A stretch of 64,000 nucleotides of DNA from Neoechinorhynchus agilis. Its lineage: Eukaryota > Animalia > Acanthocephala. The stretch spans positions 10,121,480 to 10,185,479 of the forward strand of contig CM121342.1 of NCBI GenBank assembly GCA_051530055.1. Reading direction: 5' to 3'. The position numbers and the translations under genes were made by a program. Positions 50,908 through 62,514 of the stretch are shown here, piece by piece (position 1 is the first letter of the stretch; each line of letters starts with the position of its first letter). The notes under the pieces were generated by a model that saw nothing but the letters and a program-made list of their open reading frames with translations, ran no database searches and was not told the origin of the DNA.

Positions 50908-53741
50908 TGCAGAAAATGTCAGGGGCACATGGCATACAAATGCGATAAAAATGCAGCTTGCACTCACTGCAGTGGGGAGCACCTGTTCAGTAATTGCAAA
51001 AAACAAATCCTGTAGAAAATGTGTTAACTACATTTTGAACCATATGGCATACGATACCAGATGCGAGGACGCAAAAAAGTATTTGAATTTTTTCATTAAC
51101 AGTGGCGAGAGTAGGATAATGGAGACAAGGGATCAGTAAAATATATTTCTCAAAATCCTCATCAAGAGCCAGATTTGAAGTCCATCAAATCAGATTTTAT
51201 TAGAAATGAGAATAAGGAATTGAAAAGTTCCTTAAAAGCTTAATTAAAACCTTAAAAAGGTTACAATGGGAGGGGGCGACGTTGAAGGTCGAGGAGGCAT
51301 TAAAAAGAGCTTTGCCTATTCCCAGCCTGGAAGATACCAAACCCGATTCGGGACCGACCAAGAAGGTATATGCAAACAGATAGTGTTCGTTTTTTTACAT
51401 GTAATATTGGGTAATCCAGGAACTTAGATAAATTAGATAATGATTTGTTTGGTGGGTTTTTACAAGAAACAGGGACCTTCCATCATTTGGCTTACCTATT
51501 TATGAATGTTCTTTAACTAAGCCAATCTACCCATCAAATAGTAAAAACTACTCCGGTGGTTTACAATCATTTTTGAGAAAAGATATTCAACCGAAAATGA
51601 TATGTGAAATTCATACGAATGAGCACGTTATTCAGATAATATCATCCCTGAATCCCTTTCTAAATAAGGAAACTTATTGCGGGCCTTAAAATAATTTGGG
51701 TGAATTTCTACCGCAATCCAAAGTGTAACATTAGAAAATCATTAGAGGTCATGAAAGAGCTCTTAGAAGTTTGGAAGCCTGATGTCATGACTGGTGACTT
51801 CAATAATAATTACTTGAATGCCTTTAGAAGCTTATTCTCATCTAACTATACCACCATTATCTCTCAAGAACCCTCGTTCCACAATTGGTCGCAGATGGAT
51901 CAATAGTAAGTAGATTTAAATGCTTTATTCACCTTGGAAATCCAAATGAGAATGAGCTGGCGTCTGGGTCATGATGCTTCGTTCTTCACAAGCACTGGCC
52001 GAGTCTTTGAAAAAGCGTATAAAATTAACACCAAATCTATTTTGTTTTTTAATAAATTTTTATTGGAACGAATTACCGCAATTGTTAGCTGTGCTGCTTA
52101 GGTTCAGAGTTGATCTTAAAACAAACTAGAAACGCAGGCTTTAGGCGTCGTCAAGATCGCAATTTGGGATTTCTTATTAAATTAGAAATTGAAGCTAGAG
52201 AAAGCGGACATCACTCAATTGCTCAAGTATTTAAAAAATTACTTCTCCTCTATTGGAAGGAGATTAAAAAAGAGAGGAAAAATCTATTGAAATGTGCAGT
52301 TTCTCTAAAAAATGGTGGAATATAATTTTAAATAAGAAATTTGTTGACTGGAAGTCCAAAGCAGGTTCAAGGATAGGGTGCTCTTCCTATCCTGAAGCAG
52401 TTAAATCAATTTGAAACTACCATTTGGGTGAAATCAGACCCGAGCCATATTTAAGACCAATTAATTTTAACGATAACTTGGAGGAGAGTGATTATTTTCT
52501 TACCGGTGCTGATTTTATAAAGGCTTCGTTGGTGGGTCACTCATTGGCTCATAATACGTTCGCGCCTCCATCGGCAATATTTAAACTAATAACCGAAGAG
52601 GTTAAGTCTGTGATGATTTCGAAAATATGTTTTAATTGGGAATTTATCAAATAATGGAGATTAATAAAGTCAAACGTATTTAAATTCCCCAAAATAATTG
52701 CAAAAAGATCACGCAGGTCAAGGAACTGAGGCCCATTTCCATTCAAGAACCCCTCATTTCCATAATTGAAAAAGCGATAGCATGGAAGCTCTTAGATTTC
52801 GTTCAAGATAATCATTTAATTCCGCCTTTCATGCACGGTTTTGTTCCAGAGAGAGGTGCCCACAGTCTGATGGAACAATTAATGGATTTATCTAGAGAAA
52901 GATAACGATATGTCAACGTGTTGCTACAATTAGACATATCGAAAGCGTTCGATGAAATTGATCGCTTTTTTATCTATAAGACTTTAAGATTTGTCAAAGT
53001 GCCTAAAAAACTTATCTACCATACTATGATCCTATCAGAGACAAAGGGGGCCTTTTTTGAGCTTGATAAGGATAAGAGAATTTTCTATCCTGTTCATGGA
53101 GTCACCTTTATCACCAATCTTGTTTGTGGTAGCTATGCCTTTTTATTCAAAAACTTCAAGCTTAAAAATGGATCTGAAATTTTCGTTTACGCGGACGATA
53201 TTTCCTTTTTTTATCAGAGAGGTTTCTGGGAAATGTCCCAGAGGCAATTAAAAGTTGGCTGCAAAAAATAGGAAAACTACTGGCGAAAGCTCATCTGGAT
53301 ATAAATCTCCAAAAATGTCTTATTATCCCTAACAACCAGACCAGAGCAACTAATCTTAGAACTTTAACACTTTTATCTAATTTTAAAGAGTTGCCGAAAA
53401 TTTAGAAAAATAGCAAGTTATTAGAACTTAAGGTCCCGTTATTTGGATACCCGATTTACGAGTTGGGAAGGATTCGAAATATGTTTTATAAAGCTAAACT
53501 CATATTGAAAAGGGGGAAACGTTTAGGTATAAATGATAAAATGGTGATAAATATAATTAAAACCCTTATTTTTGGTACAATTTGTTTTTTATGAGGCAGA
53601 CTGCCAGAACAACGATTAATGATGTTTTTAAAATCTTCCCGATTGTTAAAAAGATCAAGTTCTTATCAGCGGAATCAAATAAGGCATTGAATAAAGATCT
53701 GGCGATTTTCTTTTTATCCAAAATATGGTTTTATAGCTGTA

Positions 53742-54596
53742 CAGGGTGTAACACACCCTTAGTACCCCCCTCCACAAGGAAAACTATTACAGATATTCTG
53801 ATGCGGTTTTCGGGGTTTGAAATCTTATTTCAATACGCTTCTGAACACACCCTTACTACCCCCCTCCACAGAAAAAACAGTGAATATAGAAAGATGTGCT
53901 TATCACCATTGGAAAGCTTATTTCAATACGGATTCAACGGTATATCACACTATGACATTCAATAATCAGTTAGGCCGCCATTGGCCTCCAGAACAGCCTT
54001 GATACGGGCAGGGTAGGAGCTCAAGAGGCGCTCGAACAGGCCGATGTTTCCGCGCAGCCCGGTCAGCACGGCGTCGATGGCTCGACGCCGTGCTGCTTGG
54101 GAGTGGTCTCCGTCCTGCCGGAGATGCTCCTCGACCCCGTCCTTGATGATCGCTCCAATGTGTTCAGCGGGGTTGAGGTCCGGAGACGACCCGGGCCACT
54201 CGGAGCTGGAGAAGAAGTCGAGTCCGGAATCCCGGAGGAGCGCCTGGGTTGCAAGTGCCTTGCAGCACGGCGCCTTGTCGTGGAGGAAGGTGACATCTTG
54301 GACGCTGAGCACGTTTTGGGATTTTTTCAAGAAGGGAATGACCTGCTCCGACATAATGGAGCGGAAGTATTCGCCGTTCCACTTGGCCCCCTCCTCCTTG
54401 ATGACCCAGAGGATCGCCTTCGCCGCGAACACCACGAAGATGCCGATGCAGGCTGGGGCTTGGGGGAGGCTGCGGGGGCAAAGTTATATATCGTTAGAAG
54501 CGTATTGAAATAAGCTTTCAAACCCTAAAAACCGCATCAGAATATCTGTTATAGTTTTCCTTGTGGAGGGGGGTACTAAGGGTGTGTTACACCCTG
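53742..54596 (-). mobile_element. Non-autonomous IS630/Tc1/mariner element, DD37E type, 855 bp, ~101-bp TIRs, TA duplication
   Basis: TA|CAGGGTGTAACAC...GTGTTACACCCTG|TA; TIRs at 53742-53842 and 54496-54596; a degenerate inner repeat of the TIR at ~53845-53930. Confidence 0.95.
53959..54470 (-). pseudogene. C-terminal fragment of a DD37E transposase
   Basis: TFLHD-KAPC...EWPGSSPDLNPA-E, with 37 residues between the second D and the E. The N-terminal DNA-binding region and first D are deleted. Confidence 0.9.
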
Positions 54597-56510
54597 TAAA
54601 TATAAATTCGCAAAACTTGTTTTTAATTCACACAATCAAATGTTCCTGTAACTAATGAAAGCAAAGTTTTATTCCACTAATTTTAAAGAAATTATAATCC
54701 GAGACTTCTTAAAATCATTTGTATTCCCCTTCACAAACGATGAGTTACCTTAACAGATCTTAGTATCATTTATAGGAAATGGAAGTATTCGAAACCAAAC
54801 ACTGCTAAATGCGCTTATTCTTTGTTTTGATAATTGCGCAGAGACAAAAGTGTGCGCAATAACGACTAAATCTCAAACAATTGTAGAAAAGGATTGTAAT
54901 GGAAGTTCTTAGACAATGAATGATTGTAACCAGTATGAGTTAATAAATAAATAAAGTCATTACCACTAAACAGTGAACTTCAAAGCTCTTTAAAAAGTAC
55001 CTCAAGAACTTTCTAGTGGTTTATGAGTCCGGAAATGCGCTTTTCAATAAGAGTACCATAAATAAAACTCAAGTCCACCTCATTTTAAGGCCCAATTTTA
55101 CTCTTTTCTTGAAAAGTCTTTTTAATTTCATCGTCTTACCTTTGTCAAAGGAGAACCAATAAATATTTGTACTGCAAATTAAAATAGTTGATGAGGTTTT
55201 ACAAAAGTTCAGCTGTGATCTTTTTCATTTCTATGATTGGAAAGGAAAATATCTTAACAGAGACTTATTTTATTATATAAGTTCTACAATTTTTAAGGAA
55301 AGATTTTCAGGATCTTTTACACTTCATTTTTAGAAACCATTTAAAGTATAGCCAGAGGTGCTTTCCGTTTTTATCCAGACTCTCACACTCTATGAGTAAA
55401 TCAATGGAAATTTGTGTGTTAAAGTAGCAACATTGAAGTGTGGAAAGTTCATGTTGGTTGTTGAACAGTTCTGTGGCTTTGTAGAGCTGATGTCCAGAAT
55501 TCTCTGTCGCATTGAGCGGCTACTAAATCAAGTAGAATTTCACACGACTCTATGAGTAAACAATATAATATTTTCAAATCAACGGTTATTTGTATGTGAA
55601 ACAATTAAAGGATTTTGGACTTAACTTACAAGCAATGACTGATGAAGTGAGGTTTCCTCTTTCGAAATATTTCGCGAACAATGAAATGATTTTTAACCGG
55701 GTGATTATCTTCACCACAAGTCAAAATGTACCATCCCGAAGGATTTTCTCTCGATATGATTAATTAAAGGATTTTACGCCGGTTGGGGGATCTCGCAACT
55801 ATGTGTATTCGTAAGTTTAGAACCGATGAAAGTTTCGTTCTTTGACATAGAGGTGCAAGTCCAATTTTGGCCGTACGTGAGTACCTAATTGATGCGATTG
55901 AGAAACGAATTTATGCTCAATCAAAATGTTACAGGCTTGCTTATTCAGGAAAATGGGAAAACCCTACATAGTTTTATCGTGAAAGTAGAAAAATGTTAAC
56001 ATCGCTGAGAAATTTCAGTTAGATTTTTTCGCCAGAACAAACTCATTGAAATTGGATCACAATTTTGAAATCTGTGCAAATAAAGGATTAGTGAACTTTA
56101 GGCACAGAAGCTCCGGTGTGTTTCATTGACAAGGATGAGGATCGGAAAAGAGCGTGATTCACACAAGGAAACTCAATAGAAGGCGATTTCAAAAACGGAT
56201 ACACCGTTTGTTCGACGTAAGAAAATTTTTAATCTTGTTAACTTAAAATAAAAAACGCTATCTCACATTCGCGACAACAACGAATAAACAAAAACTGAGT
56301 TTAGGCTAAAGATTTGCGAAAAGTTAAGATATCTCAAGTGGTTCATCGTGCAAAATTCAGCCACGAGGAAGCAGACTAAGTAAAAATTCGGAAAATTGGC
56401 ATTATTGACACGATAGATTTCAATAATCTCACCTCTCAAAAGCTTGGAAGATCTTCATCTTAATTTGGGTCCAATAGTGAGACATATCAGCGGTGTCCAT
56501 CAGAACACTT

Positions 56511-57540
56511 CTAGTCGTTTTCAATCACATTCCAGACTTGAATCGTCGGTTTATTGCCGCGGCATCCGCTAACGACGAGCTGATTTCGCTCATCAAAATC
56601 CAAACAACTCACAGAAGCGTCATGACATCCGTGACTTAAATGGCTAGATTCGCCAGATTGAACATTCCAACTATGAACAGTGCCATCATCAGCTCCACAG
56701 ACGACATAATCTCTAGTTCCTTTCATAAAGATGCTTTGTGTAGGGTATTTGTCATTTTGATGACCTTTAAAAGATTGTACGACATTTGTGTGGCACATTT
56801 CCCAAATTCGGACAGTGCTATCGAGGGAAGCCGTTAGGACATATCGACCGTTTCGGCTAAACCGAGCCGACGATGTTTCGGCTATCATTTTTCCTCTTTC
56901 CGATAAAACTTTTACACATTTAGCTTCCTTAACATCATAAATTTTAATGGTCGAGAATGACGAGTTCGATTTGTTGAGGCATTTAAAATAAGAATCGTCA
57001 TTCAAGCCTACAATCCCCACCGTCTCCACATAATACCAAAAGAGAACCGTTCCAATTGAAATGTACATTCGTAACTCCACCTTTCATAACCCAGAACTTC
57101 CTAACTTCATTAGCATTCCTAAAATCAAAGAGAAATATAAATCCATTGACGGAACCACAAGCCATCAGTGTTCCTTGTGGCTGATAAGCAATGCTAACAA
57201 GTTCTTCTGATTGAGAATTTCGCCATGCTGATTTGAGCAATCCGTTTCGAACGTCGAAAAGGCAAACCTGTCCGACTTCATCAGTTGCAGCCAATGATCC
57301 GTCTTCCGACGGAGAAAACCAACAATCCGTTAGACCATGGCCGTGATTCAAACGAAGAACGTTACTTCCTGTTTTATTGTGAAAAAAATACAATGTTCCA
57401 TCTCGATTAGTGGCTGCAAATAGACTTGAGTTCGTAGCAAAACGAACTGAAGTGAAGTCAAGCAGACCAGCCGAAATTTTATAGCGACCTTTTAAGTATG
57501 CACGTCGATGCAAGTGAGCATTTTCGGTCACTTTAGACAT
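56511..57540 (-). CDS. WDR5: WD40 protein, WDR5-like (COMPASS component)
   Basis: SARFSRNGRYVLTASLDSTVRIWE; FKGHQNDKYP; YVVCGADDGTVHSWNVQ; KPTIQVW. These track the WDR5 C-terminal blades. Two overlapping frames join near 56950-57025. Confidence 0.7.
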
Positions 57541-58193
57541 CTTAAAATTTGAAATGGATAAATGGCGCATTCGAGAGGAATAGAAGAAATTCCTAATTTA
57601 AGGAAGAGAACCATTTTTTAGTAATTACTAAAATCTATGATAAGCATGCCAACCGGATCTTTATGATATATCTTTTATCCACTTAGGAAAACACCACAAT
57701 TCAAACTTTTCATCCAGAAGGATTTTCAATAAATCTTTGAGATTCCTTGCAAAAGAAACGACGATTTTGAGACCCATTTACTAAATTGCTTTTTTTTATT
57801 TTGTGCGTTATAAAAGTGAACTCTTTTTTTTAAAAGGGGCATTTTGTTTCAGATAAAAAATATATAATAAATTATTAATGTGAATTTTGCTAAACATGAT
57901 ATTTAGAAAAAGGCAGTTTAATCATCAATAGTTTAACATTTTGTTAAAATAAACACTTAATGATTACCGAACATCGCTCTATGGGTCAGAATCATCGAAA
58001 TTCTTTGAAAAGAAAACAGTGGATGTCTCATGATTGCTTAAAGTTTATGAAACGAATTTACGATTAAAATCGAGAGTGAACATTTTTGTGCGTCGTTCAA
58101 TTGGATCAAAGAATTTATAAGAATCCGGTGGATAAAACATCCCGAAATTCAAAAGGATTTTCTGTTTGAAAATATTAATGTGTTTATCAAGGT

Positions 58194-58316
58194 GAAAAAT
58201 TGAAGGAAAGTTTACTTAAATCCGAGATATTTCGAAGACACAATCTCGATCAAAAGCCGTACATTATTATGACTCCGAAATATCTAGGATTCAAGCAAAC
58301 TTTCCTTCAATTTTTC
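58194..58316. mobile_element. Palindromic MITE-like family 1 copy (shortened)
   Basis: gaaaaattgaaggaaagtttacttaaatcc.agatatttcg / cgaaatatctaggattcaagcaaactttccttcaatttttc. Confidence 0.75.
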
Positions 58317-58766
58317 CGAAAAATACATTTAATCAATAAAAACTGAAGGCGAAACGTTGTCGTGCGTGTGACGAAAGCAAAACGCATTAAATTCACCGGA
58401 AGAAATGGGTAGCTTAATTTTTAGTGAGAAAGACGTTTTATTAGGGAAATGGCACGCGTTCAAAAGTTAAGCGTACTTTGTAGTCATTTAGTCATTGGTA
58501 ACGATTTTTATAATGGAAAAATCGCTTTGATAAACGATTGGTAAGGATATACTTTTTCCAAGCTTCAAAATATTCGTCGTCGTTCAAAAGTCCTCTGTGC
58601 TGATCTGATTGAACGCAATTAAGAATCATTGAGAACATAAAAATGAAAAGGCGGATCAACATCAAAATTAACGTGTTTGCTTCACATTTCGAGGTCAAAT
58701 AAAGTCGTCATGGCAACGAGAATGGGTTCTGAAAATGTTGTGCTATAGAACAGAGACGATACAAGA

Positions 58767-59099
58767 ATGGAATTCTCACAAATTAAAAGCAGAGTTTTGT
58801 CCGCTGTTGAAGAAACCCTTAAAAATGAAGTCTCAATTGGAACTAACGGTCCTTATTTTTTGGATAAGATAAATACGAGTATCAGAAGGCAATTGAAGGA
58901 ATTGGCAGAAAAGGAGAAAAAATCGATAAAATTGGTTATTTTTGCGACGTTTAATGATGTCCAAAAATCAATGGAGGTTCAAATATATTCAAATGGAAAT
59001 CTGGATGCTACTACAGACAATGCTTTTGTGTACAAATATTCTACTAAAAGCATAGAAGCGGTCATTTACACTTACGTATTGATTCGAAGGGACAAATGA
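58767..59099 (+). CDS. Dynein light chain, Tctex-1 family
   Basis: 110 aa; I.....EE.L, ..KINTSIRRQLKEL....K.VIFATF, ..LDATTDNAF.YKY.....AV...Y match the Tctex pattern. Confidence 0.7.
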   Translation: MEFSQIKSRVLSAVEETLKNEVSIGTNGPYFLDKINTSIRRQLKELAEKEKKSIKLVIFATFNDVQKSMEVQIYSNGNLDATTDNAFVYKYSTKSIEAVIYTYVLIRRDK

Positions 59100-59136
59100 G
59101 TGTTGAATTGACTTTGAAATATTTTCGTTTGCGTTT

Positions 59137-61420
59137 TTAAAGAGGTTTTATTTCATCTTTACGAGTTATCTTTTGCATCAGCTCAAATAATTCCGTTGCT
59201 TGGTCCGAGGTAAGAATCGAATGATCGAATAAAGTAGTCAAATGCAAAACGAAACACGTTTGGATGCTTGGACGGGTCTTGAAGTGCTCCTCGGACTTTT
59301 TAATGAAATTGCGACATGCATCGAAAACATCGGTCTCGCTTAGTATCCGGGTTTTGTAGACGAAGCGCGCCCAGAGTAGCATAAACGATTTTTCTGATTC
59401 ACTAACATCTGAAAAATCGTTTATTCTACTCTCGTGGTATTGAGAAAGCCATGTTTGGGTCCAATCTTCGCTAAAGCACTTTAGACGTGTTTAGAAAAGT
59501 ACAATAAGTCTATTTTTATTATTTATAATAAAGTTATCCATAGATTGTTTTTGATCAATGCGAAATAAAGAAAATAATTTAATATTTCGTCCTTTATGTG
59601 TGGGACATAGAATCTTCTCGGATATCATAACCTGAAATGAACCTGAGGAAAGACCCAACCTCTCCATAACCATCAAACCCGACCGAACCAGTAATCCACC
59701 ATTCATTTAACAAATCAGAACTCGAGTGCTCACGAGATATAAACAATTATGAAGAAGTTCTACATGTAGAGAACGAAATATTAAATTATTTTCTTTATTT
59801 CGCATTGACCGAAAACAATCTTAGGAGTTATGCCCGACCAATATGTTATCATTAGGTCGGTGCTCAAACGTCAACTGATATAATCAGTCATTATCAATTC
59901 AAATTCTTTGTGAGTTTTCGCTTACATATTAGAAAACACACAAAGAATTTGAATTGATAATGACCGACCAATATGTTGATCGCAGCAGACCAATTCGATC
60001 ACTCGGTGTCGTTGATGGTTCAGTAAAACATTAATAAATAGTCTCATTGGCACTCTTGCAGAAGGTTGAGATTCAAACATTGGCTGACCATTGCGATCGT
60101 GAGACAACTCTCATAAATGACACATCAGTCGTTCCATCTCCAACGTCGAAAACGATCACGTTCAGAGCATTGGTAATCGACCGGCGATGCAGCGCAAAAA
60201 ATTGACGTCCATTTATTAAATAAGATTTTTCCTAAAAGATTGTTATTGAAAAATATTCAACTTTCATTAAATTTTCTAGTACAAAATTATAATTTTGAAA
60301 CTTCATGTTTAAAAGTTTAAATTGTAAAAAATATATTATTGAACTTAGTGGTTAAATACGACTAAAGTTGCTTTTACAATAGTCCTTCTCGCCAGCATAA
60401 TGAGATCGAAAATACTCATCCGGGTAATATTCTCGATATCTGACAGTTTTTTGAACATCGTATTGATCCTTATTTTCACAAGTATTGGTAAATCGGGAAG
60501 GAGAATGAACTCTTGATCTTACATAAACTTCAAAAAGAATTTCACTTTCAGTAGAAGGCCACTGAGCGCCTTGTTCTCTGAAGTTTTTAAGATTCGTGGG
60601 ATTAACCTTAAGCCGTCCGTGATAGAGATCATAGTGAGTAAGCAGTCCACGTGGATTATCGAAAGTCCAGTTTAAACAAAACAAACAGTTTCGCCCATCG
60701 TGTTTAACTATCAACTGTTCAATTTTTCCATGCCTTAAGAGGTACATTACTTTATTTTTGTACGCGTCGCTCGAATCACTCATCCGAGATCGACTCAAAT
60801 CTTGTTCGTAAAACTGTCGGGTCAATAGTCGACACTTTAACCGGTATCCTTCAGATAGAGCAGCGATTAGTAATCCAAGCCGAAGTCGAGCAATCGGGAT
60901 CGGTTTAGTTTTAAGATCCGGATTATCAACTGATTCAAGAACGATCGTGTCGTCTCTGCTGAGCTGCAAATATTTACCACATCTAATGGTTTCGTTTGTT
61001 ACAGTAATAGAACTTTTCCGTTTTGAAAGATTAAACACGGAAACACTCTAACTGTCGTTCATCCGAATCGATGGTCTTGTTGACCGTTAAATAAAGTATA
61101 CCTAGAATTTTCGTGTTTTTACGGGACGAATGGACATAAAATGGCATTGAAAATTCATTGGACTCATGAGCAACAACGTCACATAAGTATACTTCCTTCA
61201 AAATATTCCAACGTTCATTGAAACTCATCGATGGCGGATCGAGAGACTTTTGGCAATAGTCAATGGCGTTTCTTGTAAAAAGTGAAAAATTCAACTGCTC
61301 GTGTCTTAATGACAAGTAAACGTAGATTTGAAATGGTTTTTGAAATGAATCAATAAACGCTGATTTATCGGTAACGAAACGGCGTCGTCCGCGACGGGCA
61401 TTGGAATAGCTTTGGTCCAT
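59137..61420 (-). CDS. SUZ12: Polycomb protein SUZ12-like (ZnB motif, C2H2 finger, VEFS box), multi-exon
   Basis: AFIDSFQKPFQIYVYLSLRH; CLFC...LLTHYDLYHGR; SEDW..TWLSQYHESRINDFSDVSESEKSFMLLWARFV; ACRNF...FVLHLTTLFDHSIL. A canonical 37-nt intron joins the two long ORFs. Confidence 0.85.
59887..59964. repeat. Perfect 26-bp-arm hairpin, 26-nt loop, within the SUZ12 locus
   Basis: gtcattatcaattcaaattctttgtg (59887-59912) is the exact reverse complement of 59939-59964. Confidence 0.92.
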
Positions 61421-62274
61421 CTTTAATATTGGCGAAAATCACAAAATTGCGTTTTATTTTGTAATTTTTGTATGGAAAAGAAAACTTCCCCGTTTAAAAT
61501 ATATATGATTAAAAGATTATCGAACAGGGTAATAAAATTTAACCTTAAAAGATTGATGGCGGTGAAAAATTGAAGGAATTTATCAAGTCCAATATTTCAG
61601 AGCATAATCTTGTACGCCTTTTGATCAAGATTGTTTTGGTGTTTTATTCGCGCGTGGCCACAAAAAACAAAATTTTATATATAGAAAATGATATTTGTAG
61701 CCTCTTTTTTAACAAATAAATCACTGATTAATTTTATTCTTTAGAGTGAAGAAAGCCAAATTAGGGTACGTCAAATAATCCATCGTTTTATAAGATTTCA
61801 AGCTTCAAAAAAGCGAATCGATTGCGCTTAAATCTTGAGCTCCAATCGGAATCAAAAAGTGGTCCATAAATATGATATCTTCGTATTCCCTAAAATTGAT
61901 TTAAATTGCCAATTTGTTTAAAGAGACGAAAAAAAGGATAATTTGTATCGATTTTACAGTCTCCGGAAGCTTTACTTAGATTTTGTTGGAGAATTGAACC
62001 GCAATACTTAACTTATACCCGTCGATTTTTCCCGCTGATTTTTGCACGATTGCATACATAAAAAATTGAGCAAGACACTGGTTTCCTACATAAAATCATT
62101 CAGTGTTATCCGAAAAATAGCGAAATCTTTCGGGTTATGCCATGTGAATTTTAGGTATCCATTAGCCTAGACCTAAAGTTGGAAAAATCAAGTTGACCTT
62201 TCTTTGTTTTCTAAGATGAAAATTCTGGAATTTTTATTGGTAAATTTATGTGTTTGTTTTTTATGGCGGTTAGA

Positions 62275-62413
62275 AATTAAAGGAATTTATTAAATCCGAT
62301 ATTTTGGAGTCACAATCTTGTACACCTTTTAATCAAGGTTGTTTGGAAGTTTTTTCAAGTGTACGTACGAGATTGTGCGCCAAAATATTCGGACTTAATA
62401 AATTCCTTCAATT
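62275..62413. mobile_element. Palindromic MITE-like family 1 copy (another partial copy near 61560-61640)
   Basis: aaggaatttattaaatccga.tattttgg.g.cacaatct.gtac / gtacgagattgtgcgccaaaatattcggacttaataaattcctt. Confidence 0.8.
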
Positions 62414-62514
62414 TTTTCGCCACAAAACACGAATAATTCAATCTTCAAGCGTAAATTTGTGCACTAGGAACAAATTTGAATAGTAAAATTTATGGAGCAA
62501 TTACATTTATAATA

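Larger units (their letters stand above)
50950..55000 (+). mobile_element. Decayed non-LTR retrotransposon (APE + RT), interrupted by a Tc1/mariner element; ends approximate
   Basis: CCHC-like CRKC..NH..RC; APE motifs DVMTGDFN and SQMD; RT motifs ELRPISI, MHGFVPERG, LQLDISKAFD, SPLSPILF and YADDI, spread over several frames with stops. Confidence 0.85.

Noticed and set aside
54044-54521. Several overlapping ORFs on both strands in the GC-rich segment
   Set aside because: By-products of high GC and stop scarcity in the transposase fragment; only 53959-54435 (-) has family motifs.
60110-60165. HSP70-like motif NVIVFDVGDGTTDVS on the minus strand
   Set aside because: An isolated 15-aa match inside the SUZ12 locus with a stop soon after and no other HSP70 motifs; probably chance.
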